Source of the DNA: Planctomycetales bacterium
Lineage (GTDB): Bacteria > 4484-113
DNA: 64,000 nucleotides
Assembly: GCA_030606285.1 (NCBI GenBank)
Contig: JAUWGS010000001.1
Coordinates: forward strand, 176,696 to 240,695
Reading direction: 5' to 3'
Within the stretch, counting starts at the first letter, position 1; each line of letters starts with the position of its first letter. Positions 1-8,220 of this stretch are shown one piece after another. The notes beneath the pieces were generated by a model. The model searched no databases, was not told the DNA's origin, and worked only from the letters and a program-made list of their open reading frames with translations. The position numbers were made by a program, and so were the translations under genes.

Positions 1-23
1 AGCTCTCGTGTCGGAGACGCTTA

Positions 24-713
24 ATGCTCTATGCGCTGATTGATACTTCAGGAAACAGCGTTTTGACAGCCATCGCAGATGGTGACGGCTCCATTCTGAG
101 CGCAGGAGTTCACGAGCACACACCGGAGAACGCTTCTCGGCTGTCTGAGCTTTTCGCGGAATGCCTTAGCGAGGCTGGCGCTGAGCGAGGCGACATAACT
201 CATCTGGGAGTCGGGATTGGCCCAGGCTCGTTTATTGGCACACGGACCGGAGTGGCCTTTGCGAACGGGATGGCTGCAGCTCTTTTACTGCCTGTCGCAG
301 CGCTAAGCAGCCTGCAGACTGCGGCGGCAATCGCAATACTCGAGACTCCGAACGTTGCGGTTGTCCGCTGCGGCAGGAGGAAGGCGTACTTCGTCGGCAT
401 CTATGAACGGGACACTGACGGGATGACCGCAGTATCTGTCGAGCCTGAACGCGAGCTGCCGGAAGCAGGAATCCCGGAGCTACTCGAACGTCTTGCTGGG
501 GTCGCACGCGGTGTAGATGTCCTTGTGGTGACTGACTCGGAGCAGGTCTTTGCCGCACTAAGGGCGAACGAACTGCCTGCGCGCATTGACGCGGTGTTTC
601 GCGGGAACGTTGTGGACCTTCGAGGCATGGCGCTTATGGTGGTGCAGGAGGTCTCCGCGGGGCGGACTCGCCCCTGGGCGGACGTCACTTACCTACGCCC
701 TGCTGTATTGTAG
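24..713 (+). CDS. tsaB: tRNA threonylcarbamoyladenosine biosynthesis protein TsaB
   Basis: N-terminal LIDTS and GIGPGSFIGTRTG (GPGSFTGxRxG motif); 229 aa; C-terminal YLR. Confidence 0.85.
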   Translation: MLYALIDTSGNSVLTAIADGDGSILSAGVHEHTPENASRLSELFAECLSEAGAERGDITHLGVGIGPGSFIGTRTGVAFANGMAAALLLPVAALSSLQTAAAIAILETPNVAVVRCGRRKAYFVGIYERDTDGMTAVSVEPERELPEAGIPELLERLAGVARGVDVLVVTDSEQVFAALRANELPARIDAVFRGNVVDLRGMALMVVQEVSAGRTRPWADVTYLRPAVL

Positions 714-731
714 TCCTTGTTGGGAGGAGCG

Positions 732-1718
732 ATGATGTCCTTTGCTCAAAGAGTTGTCTCGGCGTCTAAAACCAAGCGCACACTTCTGATCCTGGGAATG
801 GATCCGGATTTTGGTCGAATCAAGGATGACTTCTCGGGGCAGAGGATCGATCTGGGGGATGAGCCGGCACGCATAATGGAATCGCTGCCGTTCTCGCGAA
901 TGCACGAGACAATGCCCCTTCCCGATGATTTCAAGCAGGCTTACTTGCAGCTACTGAACTTCGGTGCCCAGACGATATACGCTCTGCGCAACGAAGTGCT
1001 GGGCGTGAAGTTCCAGATTGCGTACTTCGAGGAGGTGGGGCCTCTGGGGCTCCATATTCTGTCTGCGCTGGTCGGTCTCTGTAGAGAACTGGATCTGGTT
1101 GTGATTATGGACGCCAAGCGTGGGGACATCGGCCCGACCTTCACGCGCTATCTGAACGCCTACCTCACAGACACCGGGAACCCACTTTCGCTGGAAGCGG
1201 ACGCGATGACGGTCAATCCTCTCGTTGGCACAGACACCTGGGAATTGTTTCTGCCACATCTGAAGCGCGGTAAGGGTATCTTTCTTCTGACTTATCCGAC
1301 CGCGCCCGGCGCCGAGGAGATAATGGAGTCGCAGGTGGCTGGTGAGCCGTTGTGGAGGCTTCTGGCTCGGGCTGCCAACGACATCGTCCAGGTGAATTCA
1401 CTTGAGGCCGAACCGGCTAATCTGGGTCTTGTTTCAGGAGCCCTGCGCCCTGTAATGGGTGAGCGCATACGAGAAGCATTCCCTGGCGCGCTTTTCCTTG
1501 TACCTGGAGTGGGAGCGCAGGGTGGCACAATGGCCAGTGCTTCGGCTTTTACCGGTGGGCGCAACTGGGCGTTGTTCCCCGCGAGCCGGGCCTTGCTATA
1601 CGCTTATACGAACTCGGACATCGCTCCTGAGAAAAGAGGAGAGGAGTTCTGGAGGGCAAGTCTCGCGCAGGCTCAATCGTACAACCAAGAGCTGCGCAAG
1701 ACACTGAGGTTTGACTAG
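732..1718 (+). CDS. pyrF: Orotidine-5'-phosphate decarboxylase
   Basis: GMDP, KFQIAYFE, DAKRGDIGPT, TVNP, LVPGVGAQGG, SRAL motifs; GGAGGAG RBS before ATGATG at 732. Confidence 0.92.
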   Translation: MMSFAQRVVSASKTKRTLLILGMDPDFGRIKDDFSGQRIDLGDEPARIMESLPFSRMHETMPLPDDFKQAYLQLLNFGAQTIYALRNEVLGVKFQIAYFEEVGPLGLHILSALVGLCRELDLVVIMDAKRGDIGPTFTRYLNAYLTDTGNPLSLEADAMTVNPLVGTDTWELFLPHLKRGKGIFLLTYPTAPGAEEIMESQVAGEPLWRLLARAANDIVQVNSLEAEPANLGLVSGALRPVMGERIREAFPGALFLVPGVGAQGGTMASASAFTGGRNWALFPASRALLYAYTNSDIAPEKRGEEFWRASLAQAQSYNQELRKTLRFD

Positions 1719-1740
1719 AGGCGCAGTTTAGGCTGTTCGT

Positions 1741-2646
1741 TTACTCCACAGGGGAGAAGACCAGCTTGTACTCATAGATCATTATCTTGATGTTGGGCAC
1801 GGTCTTGGTGGCGAAGCGGAGCGCATCGGGAACCTCAGGTGCCAGGATGATCGCACGCACTTTGCGGTCTTTCATTTGCTCGTGAGCCCAGCCTAGATTG
1901 ACGAGCAGGTCGGTAATCACCTGCTGCTCAGGTGGCCGGTCGAAGACTTTGACTATGACAAGGGCATTATCCTTGCCTGCGGCGAGCACATCAGCATCCG
2001 CGAGCTTTGCAGGGAATTTGCCCGCAGCCGGGTCACCAGGCAGTGGCTTGAGTCCATCCTCGACCTCATTGAGGTTCGACGCCAAGGCTTCGTGTATATC
2101 CATTTCGGGTTCCGCCTCCTTGTCTTGTTTAAGAGCGATTTCCTCTTTCTCAGCCGCCGGTTCTGGCTTGGCCTTCACGGACGGGTGAGGTTTCGTAGGT
2201 ACCTTCCGGCCTGCAGCCGGCACAGGCTCAGCTTTGGCGCTTATCTTCGGCTCTGGCACACTCTCTTTGCCTGTCACGGCCTTGGCCTTGCCGGGCTCAA
2301 CTAAAGAGGGCTCTCCGGCCATCTTCCGGACGGCCAGCTCGCCGTCAGCCTCTGAGATCTCCCAGTGCCCGTGCTGTTCCGGGTCAAACGAAACGTACTG
2401 CCCGAAGTCTACGCGATATAGGCAGTCGATCTCAGGATCGTTGGCTACTCGTGGTGTATGGTTCTCCGGGAAGCTAACGCGTGTCGGCATGTTAACACAG
2501 CAGATGGTGACCTGTGAGCGAATCTTGCCTTCGTCGATTTGCGGGTACTTCTTGCTCACGTAGCGAACAATCTCCGAAGGCGTGGTGGGTTGATCCAGAT
2601 GCTCCATTGCTTCCCGAATCAGCTCAGCAGGCGACTTTTCAGCCAT
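1741..2646 (-). CDS. N-terminal putative DNA-binding domain + Pro/Ala/Lys/Glu linker + degenerate NucS/EndoMS-like PD-(D/E)XK domain
   Basis: C-terminal pattern ExDIHxxLxxNLxxVEDGL...DVLA...GW...VRAIILA...LRFA resembles NucS-like nucleases; catalytic ExK is replaced. Confidence 0.6.
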   Translation of the reverse strand: MAEKSPAELIREAMEHLDQPTTPSEIVRYVSKKYPQIDEGKIRSQVTICCVNMPTRVSFPENHTPRVANDPEIDCLYRVDFGQYVSFDPEQHGHWEISEADGELAVRKMAGEPSLVEPGKAKAVTGKESVPEPKISAKAEPVPAAGRKVPTKPHPSVKAKPEPAAEKEEIALKQDKEAEPEMDIHEALASNLNEVEDGLKPLPGDPAAGKFPAKLADADVLAAGKDNALVIVKVFDRPPEQQVITDLLVNLGWAHEQMKDRKVRAIILAPEVPDALRFATKTVPNIKIMIYEYKLVFSPVE

Positions 2647-2941
2647 TCCCAGCGGTTCCTCCCTGAAAAGATAAAGCCGGACCAGCGAACTTCACTCAGA
2701 ACACCAAAGGTGGTCAAAAACTACTCCCCGGTGTCTTGATGAATCTTCTCGTTTTTATTCTACCGCTTTAGCGCAAATGATGCTAGTTGAGCCCGATTTA
2801 GCTGAGTCGCCTGTAGATTTCCGATTAAGGGCAGGAAGCCTGCTTAGCGAAGCTCGCTCAGAAGTAGTGGTCCTCTAGTGCCTGATTCGGAGGATGCTAG
2901 AATAGCGTCAGTATCCGCAGACCTCAAGGAGATACTGACGT

Positions 2942-4336
2942 ATGGAACGATACGATGTAGCGATTATCGGCGGTGGCCCCGGTGGATATGTCGCAGCAAT
3001 CCGTGCCGCGCAACTCGGTCTCAGCGCAGCTATTATCGAACGCCAGTACTGGGGTGGGGTGTGCTTGAATGTGGGGTGCATCCCCAGCAAGTGTCTGCTT
3101 GAGGACACGCACCTCTATTACGAACTTGTGAAGCACGGAGCGTCGCGAGGCGTGGTAGCCACGGATGTGATGCTGGATTGGTCAGCGATGCAGTCACGCA
3201 AGGCGAAGGTAGTGCAGCAGCTCACACGCGGTGTCGAGGCACTTCTCAAGAGGAACGGCGTCGCGCTGTATTCCGGTGAGGCGCAATTCAAGGACGCAGG
3301 CGCGCTTACAGTTGCAGGTGCAAATGGTCAGAACTATAAGATTATCGCTGATAGCTTCATAATCGCAACTGGTTCTCGTTCGGCAACGCTCCCGCACATT
3401 AAGCCGGACGGGGAGCGCGTGATTACCTCCACTGAGGCGCTTTCACTGCCCAGCGTTCCCAAGTCATTGGCTGTCATTGGAGCAGGTGCTATTGGTCTAG
3501 AAATCGGGAGCGTCTATGCACGGCTGGGGACGGAGGTTTGTTTTGTGGAAATTATGCCACAAGCGTTGCCCGGGATGGATCTCGAGCTTGCGAAGACACT
3601 CGTTCGACAGTTGAAGAAGGATAAAATTTCCGTTCACCTGGAGAGCAAGGTGACCTCCCTGGAAACCTCAAAGGCAGGTGTTGCGCTGTCTGTGAAGGGT
3701 AAGTTCACCGGCACAATCGAAGCTGAACTCGTTTTGCTTTCAGTTGGGCGAGCGCCAGTCATTGATACTCTCAACCTGGACGCGATAGGAGTCAAAACTG
3801 ACAGGAGAGGTTTCATAGAGATCGACGGCGAGTTTCGCACAACCGTGCCTAACGTGCTGGCGATAGGAGATGTGATCGGCGGAATGATGCTGGCGCATAA
3901 GGCCAGCCACGAGGGTATTGCGGCCGCTGAAGTGCTGGCAGGCTGCCCTCATCCGATGTCACGGTTGGTTCCCGCCGTGGTCTACACGTCGCCGGAAGTA
4001 GCCAGTATCGGATTGACTGCACAACAGGCAGTGGAGGAAGGACATAAGGTGAAGGTTGGTAAGTTCTTCTTTGGCGCGAATGGCAGAGCCATGGCAATGA
4101 ACGAGGCGGTTGGCCTGGTGATGGTCGTGTCGGATGAAGACAGCGATGAGATGCTTGGAGCGCATATGGTCGGGCCGATGGCCGGCGAACTGATACACGA
4201 AGCTGCGGTGGCGCTGGCTGCTCGAATGAAGCTGACTGAATACCAGCAGCTTGTGCGTGCGCACCCAACGCTGGCCGAAGCCATCGGCGAAGCAGCTCTG
4301 GATGCCAATGGTCGCGCGATCCACAAGGCCAGCTGA
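2942..4336 (+). CDS. lpdA: Dihydrolipoyl dehydrogenase
   Basis: GGGPGGY, GGVCLNVGCIPSK redox disulfide, GAGAIGLE, HPTLAE; AAGGAG RBS. Confidence 0.95.
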   Translation: MERYDVAIIGGGPGGYVAAIRAAQLGLSAAIIERQYWGGVCLNVGCIPSKCLLEDTHLYYELVKHGASRGVVATDVMLDWSAMQSRKAKVVQQLTRGVEALLKRNGVALYSGEAQFKDAGALTVAGANGQNYKIIADSFIIATGSRSATLPHIKPDGERVITSTEALSLPSVPKSLAVIGAGAIGLEIGSVYARLGTEVCFVEIMPQALPGMDLELAKTLVRQLKKDKISVHLESKVTSLETSKAGVALSVKGKFTGTIEAELVLLSVGRAPVIDTLNLDAIGVKTDRRGFIEIDGEFRTTVPNVLAIGDVIGGMMLAHKASHEGIAAAEVLAGCPHPMSRLVPAVVYTSPEVASIGLTAQQAVEEGHKVKVGKFFFGANGRAMAMNEAVGLVMVVSDEDSDEMLGAHMVGPMAGELIHEAAVALAARMKLTEYQQLVRAHPTLAEAIGEAALDANGRAIHKAS

Positions 4337-4471
4337 GCATCGATGCAGCGCATATCTTCGGACGCTATCCTTGTGAATGGTACGCGCCCGATTCCCTAAA
4401 CTCGTGGCTAGAGTGGTGATTGGGGCAGAAGGTGTTGATAAGTTGCCCAGTGTATTTAATGCACGAATCCC

Positions 4472-4500
4472 TTGTAACATGTTTCTCTGTCCGTCATTAT
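4472..4500 (+). promoter_or_regulatory. Putative sigma70-type promoter for the structured RNA
   Basis: TTGTAA (4472-4477), 17 nt spacer, CATTAT (4495-4500); predicted start near 4507, just before the 5' strand of the closing helix. Confidence 0.5.
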
Positions 4501-4506
4501 TTAATC

Positions 4507-4920
4507 GGTATACCTCGACCACGCGGAGGGTGAGTTCTTTGAAAGAAGGGCCCTGGTGGATCCCAGCAGTGCGTCGACACCACAGGCATTCGCACTTCGG
4601 TGTGATTGCGGTGGCTGCTGATCACTGCGGAGAACCGGCATAACCGGCTTCCTCCTTCGGGAGAAAGACCTCGCCGGTTCAAAGGGAGCGTCGCGGCGCA
4701 ACACTGCTGTTCCGCAAGGTTCCGCAATGCTGCACCACAGCGTTCCGGGGAGACAGTCCGAGCCTTTCTTGAGGAGGAAGGTGTAGGCGGTTCTTCGGAG
4801 TCATCTATGCATCCTGCGGGAATTCGCCTGTTGAGGCGTGGTCGGTATCTTTGTCAACTGTAGGGCCTCCGCCAGGAGGCTTGGGGTAGAAGTGTCGCGC
4901 TAGCCGCGACACTTTTTTTT
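4507..4920 (+). ncRNA. Candidate large structured non-coding RNA (unassigned; possible OLE-like relative)
   Basis: Closing helix CGACCACGC 4516-4524 / GCGTGGTCG 4836-4844; arms at 4527-4554, 4555-4626, 4632-4680, 4685-4746, 4752-4832; cUUCGg loops at 4595, 4655, 4793; many G-U pairs on + strand; terminator at the 3' end; no credible ORF. Confidence 0.7.
4890..4920 (+). terminator. Intrinsic terminator
   Basis: AAGTGTCGCG / CGCGACACTT stem followed by a T8 tract. Confidence 0.85.
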
Positions 4921-4924
4921 ATGC

Positions 4925-5794
4925 TTACTGTGAATCAGCCAGATCTACATCTACCAGTTGGCGTGGCACAACTTCGAAGTATCGGTTGACCACCCGCATA
5001 TAGCTTGGGAGGCGAATTGAGCCTGCCTCGCCGTCAGATCTCTGTTGAGCTAATGGGCCTGCAAGCAGATCTTCAGCCGGATAATCGGTGATTACGTCCG
5101 GGAATCCAGCCTCGTCAACCACCTTCAGGAAATCGTACACCACTGCTGTAGGCACATAACGCGCCCTTGCTTCGCGGAGTATCGCCGCAGTCCCGATCTT
5201 GTTGAGAAGCAAGCTTGGACCCACTGCATCTGCGCCGATAAGGACGCAGTCCACATCATTCAGGAAGCTGGCAAAGGCTGAATCCGCAAAGACAGTGCAA
5301 GGGACGCCCTCATCCGCCAGCTCACGAGCTAAAACCAGTCCTTCGCACCTGGGTCGACCTTCGCCCACATAGACTTCTGGTGCGTTACCCCGGGCCTTTG
5401 CCTTCAGGATTGCATCGCGTACCAATCCTGAGTAGCTGATGGTGAGGGCTCGGTGATGCCGCGCTAGATATCCAGCAGCCATCTCAGTCACGCGTTCCAG
5501 GTTCGCATTCCACGACAGCTCAAGATCTCGGGATGCGGTTCCTACATCTGTCCCTTCCTCTACGCGTTTCAGGATCAGCGCAATGGCCTGGCTGAGCGAC
5601 ACCATTTCCGGGTGCGCCTCTCGAAGCAGTCTGCGGGCTAGCTCAAGGTCCTTCTGCACCAGGTCTCCATTGCCGCTCAGGCTGACTCCCAAGCGAAGCA
5701 GATGACGCGTCAGTACTGTTGCTCCATGTGTATAGTTAGAAAGCAAGTCACGGAATTCGCCGCTCTCGCAAAGTACGTTGTTGCCGGTCATCAA
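4925..5794 (-). CDS. eIF-2B alpha/beta/delta family protein (MtnA/ribose-1,5-bisphosphate isomerase fold)
   Basis: EGRPRCEG, VLIGADAV, NKIGT, NRYFEVVP motifs; start TTG 5794 or ATG 5791. Confidence 0.75.
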   Translation of the reverse strand: MMTGNNVLCESGEFRDLLSNYTHGATVLTRHLLRLGVSLSGNGDLVQKDLELARRLLREAHPEMVSLSQAIALILKRVEEGTDVGTASRDLELSWNANLERVTEMAAGYLARHHRALTISYSGLVRDAILKAKARGNAPEVYVGEGRPRCEGLVLARELADEGVPCTVFADSAFASFLNDVDCVLIGADAVGPSLLLNKIGTAAILREARARYVPTAVVYDFLKVVDEAGFPDVITDYPAEDLLAGPLAQQRSDGEAGSIRLPSYMRVVNRYFEVVPRQLVDVDLADSQ

Positions 5795-5836
5795 GAATTA
5801 AGTATGATAGAACATCTAGGCCATTTCAAGCGAACC

Positions 5837-5866
5837 TTGAACTGGCACTGCATTTCGAGTTATAAT
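5837..5866 (+). promoter_or_regulatory. Promoter upstream of the KamA-family gene
   Basis: TTGAAC, 18 nt spacer, TATAAT. Confidence 0.6.
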
Positions 5867-6118
5867 TAAAATAACCCGTCGAACGAACGACGTGCGAGCA
5901 AGAGCTCGGTTACTAAATGTTTGATACCTGCTTGTTTCTGCGGTAGGGCTTGAACGAGTTCGACGAAGTGATGTGCGGAGCGCCTTTATAGCGTCTCTGC
6001 AGACGATGTGACCGGCTGTCCGAACATTGCGCGTGCGCCACGGTGATAGAACCACCGGGCTTGGGTACGTGGCCGGACAGGCTTGAGCCAGCTCGTGTGA
6101 GGCTGGAAGGAGGGATCT

Positions 6119-7357
6119 ATGGCAAAGGTGAAGTTTCTGAGAGACATTCGTAAAGTCGCGCAAATCCCTGAAGACGAGCGTGCACGGCTGGCTCGCGTGC
6201 AGAACAAATACCCTTTCCTGGCCACAGACTATTACCTGAGCCTGATTAATTGGGACGACCCAGATGATCCCCTCCGTCGTATCGTTGTACCCTCCGAGGA
6301 AGAAGTCGTATCATGGGGGCTTGAAGACCCCAGCAATGAAGCCTCCAATTCTGTGATGCCCGGGGTGCAGCACAAGTACTCCGATACCGTTGTCTTTCTC
6401 GCGAGCGACGTGTGCGGTGGGCAGTGCCGCTTTTGCTTCCGTAAGCGGCTGTTTGTGGACAGGGAGAAAAGAGAGACCGCGCTCGACCTGCCTGCGGCGC
6501 TGCAATATGTTCGAAGACATCCTGAGATCTCGAATGTGCTGGTCACCGGTGGTGATACTCTGATGCTTAGCACACAGCGGTTAGCTGCGATACTGGAAGG
6601 ACTATCAGAGATTAAGCACGTTCGCGCAGTTCGGCTTGGCAGCAAGCTCCCCGCTTACTTCCCTCAGCGTATTCTCGATGACCGTGAGCTTCTAAAGCTG
6701 CTGGAGCACCACAGCGCCGGGCACCAACGCATATATGTGATGTCTCACTTCTGTCATCCGCGCGAACTCACTGATATTGCCAGGGCTTCAGTAGACGCAC
6801 TGCTTCGATCAGGCGTTGTCGTCTGCAACCAGACGCCCATCATACAGGGCGTCAATGATGATGTAGACGTGCTCGTTGAACTGATGAACGAGCTCATGGC
6901 GTGTGGCGCAGTTCCCTACTACTTCTTCCAGTGCAGGCCAACCATTGGGAACTTCCCCTATTCAGTGCCCATCACCAGATGCTACTTCCTCATCGAATAT
7001 GCCAAGTACCGAGTATCCGGGCTGGCTCGGCGAGTGCGCTATGTGATAAGCCATGAGCGCGGCAAGATAGAGGTTGTTGGAGTGACCGGCAAGCACATCT
7101 ATGTGAAGTATCACCGTGCCAGAGACGCCAGCAGGGAGGGCAAGTTCCTCGTCTTCTACCGTGACGACGAGGCGTTCTGGTATGACGACCTTCTGGCGCA
7201 GCGCCGTGATACGAGTATGATTGTAACTAGCAGCTGGCAGCCGCACGAGGCGGATAGCGGTGGAATCAACCTGTCGGGAGGTCGGGAGTCCGAGAGGACA
7301 CCAGACGGCAGCGGGCATCCAGGGATCATCGGCCAGAATACTCCATCGGACAACTAG
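6119..7357 (+). CDS. KamA-family radical SAM protein (lysine 2,3-aminomutase-like)
   Basis: DPLRR, QHKY, CGGQCRFCFRKR, TGGD, HFCHPRE, GVND, PYY motifs; AAGGAGG RBS. Confidence 0.88.
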   Translation: MAKVKFLRDIRKVAQIPEDERARLARVQNKYPFLATDYYLSLINWDDPDDPLRRIVVPSEEEVVSWGLEDPSNEASNSVMPGVQHKYSDTVVFLASDVCGGQCRFCFRKRLFVDREKRETALDLPAALQYVRRHPEISNVLVTGGDTLMLSTQRLAAILEGLSEIKHVRAVRLGSKLPAYFPQRILDDRELLKLLEHHSAGHQRIYVMSHFCHPRELTDIARASVDALLRSGVVVCNQTPIIQGVNDDVDVLVELMNELMACGAVPYYFFQCRPTIGNFPYSVPITRCYFLIEYAKYRVSGLARRVRYVISHERGKIEVVGVTGKHIYVKYHRARDASREGKFLVFYRDDEAFWYDDLLAQRRDTSMIVTSSWQPHEADSGGINLSGGRESERTPDGSGHPGIIGQNTPSDN

Positions 7358-7382
7358 TCGCCAGCGGCGACACACACTACGG

Positions 7383-7418
7383 CCCCCTTTGGAGTTGCGA
7401 TAGCGGCATCAAAGGGGG
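7383..7418. terminator. Hairpin between convergent genes (possible terminator)
   Basis: CCCCCTTTG / CAAAGGGGG inverted repeat after the KamA-family stop; weak U-tract. Confidence 0.4.
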
Positions 7419-7509
7419 GACTTGTGTGAGGTTGTGAGATTCCTCTAGGTCTTAGTGATCCTCGTTGACAGTGCGCCTCGCCTGTACGAGCCGCTCGCTG
7501 CAGCTTGCC

Positions 7510-8220
7510 TCACCTTATCAGCCGGATGCGGTCGATTAAAGCGAGAACCACCATCCACAGCAACCCCACACCAATCAGTATGTGCGGAAAGAAGTCGGCA
7601 ACGCTTGGTTCACCATAGCTCCTGGCGGAGTAACGGATATCGCCGTAAGCCCACATCAATCCTAGCAGTACGAGCATGGCTGGCACGGCTGACTGCCTGT
7701 AGAACCAGTTGGGATTGAGCCGTTCGGTCGCCCGCCAGCGCCTCATGCGCTTTCGCTCTTCTTCCTGAAGCTCCTCTTGCGCAACCTGCGGGTCGAAGTC
7801 GTGGGTGACGTGATGCGCTCGTTTCGTCGTTATGCTCGGATCGGCTTTGTCCTCGAGGAAGGGGCCCGGAGCATTTACGCGGGGAGGCTTTGGCCTGGGT
7901 TTCTCTGCCTCGATCTTCTCTCGCGCCTGTGTATCCAATCGGTGCAGGCGCTCATGCATTGTGGGTTTTCTTGGCTTCCTTCCGCTTGAGGGCACTGCAT
8001 GAGCCGTTACCTCATCAACTTCGATTGCGCGCTTCTGTCCAGAATCTACTGAGATACCGCCGTGCACCGGCGAGTTGCAGTACGCGCATATGCTAACCCA
8101 TTCCGGCTGAAGCCTACCGCAGCCGTCGCATCTGATAAAGGTGATCTCGCAGTGGTCGCAGCGAAGCGTCATCGCGCCAAACTCTGCGCCGCAATTCGGG
8201 CATTTCAGCTTGGCTCTCAC
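7510..8220 (-). CDS. Double zinc-ribbon membrane protein (3 of 3)
   Basis: Four CxxC (CPNC, CDHC, CDGC, CAYC), charged linker, two C-terminal hydrophobic helices; start overlaps the upstream stop. Confidence 0.75.
   Translation of the reverse strand: MRAKLKCPNCGAEFGAMTLRCDHCEITFIRCDGCGRLQPEWVSICAYCNSPVHGGISVDSGQKRAIEVDEVTAHAVPSSGRKPRKPTMHERLHRLDTQAREKIEAEKPRPKPPRVNAPGPFLEDKADPSITTKRAHHVTHDFDPQVAQEELQEEERKRMRRWRATERLNPNWFYRQSAVPAMLVLLGLMWAYGDIRYSARSYGEPSVADFFPHILIGVGLLWMVVLALIDRIRLIR

Noticed and set aside
4747..4763. Group I intron S-like element GAGACAGTCC
   Set aside because: No upstream R/P7 partner (GACTG) and no interrupted host gene
4507..4850. Retron msr-msd
   Set aside because: The closing inverted repeat is compatible, but no adjacent reverse transcriptase gene exists in the window
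4377..4863. Short ORFs 4377-4643, 4497-4727, 4501-4704, 4606-4863
   Set aside because: No RBS or recognisable motifs; the region is better explained by RNA structure
4816..4883. Cobalamin riboswitch-like words GGGAA, CAACTGTA, CCAGGAG
   Set aside because: Core CCCGC/GCCACTG elements are missing and there is no downstream gene on this strand
4507..4920. RNase P RNA, tmRNA, SRP RNA or 6S RNA identity for the structured RNA
   Set aside because: No GAGGAAAGUCC near the 5' end or matching 3' CR-V; no tRNA-Ala-like ends; no SRP GGAA domain IV helix; multibranch and too long for 6S
5870..6118. Lysine or SAM riboswitch upstream of the KamA-family gene
   Set aside because: Conserved AGAGGUGC/GCCGAA or AUCnAGAG/GCAACC cores not found
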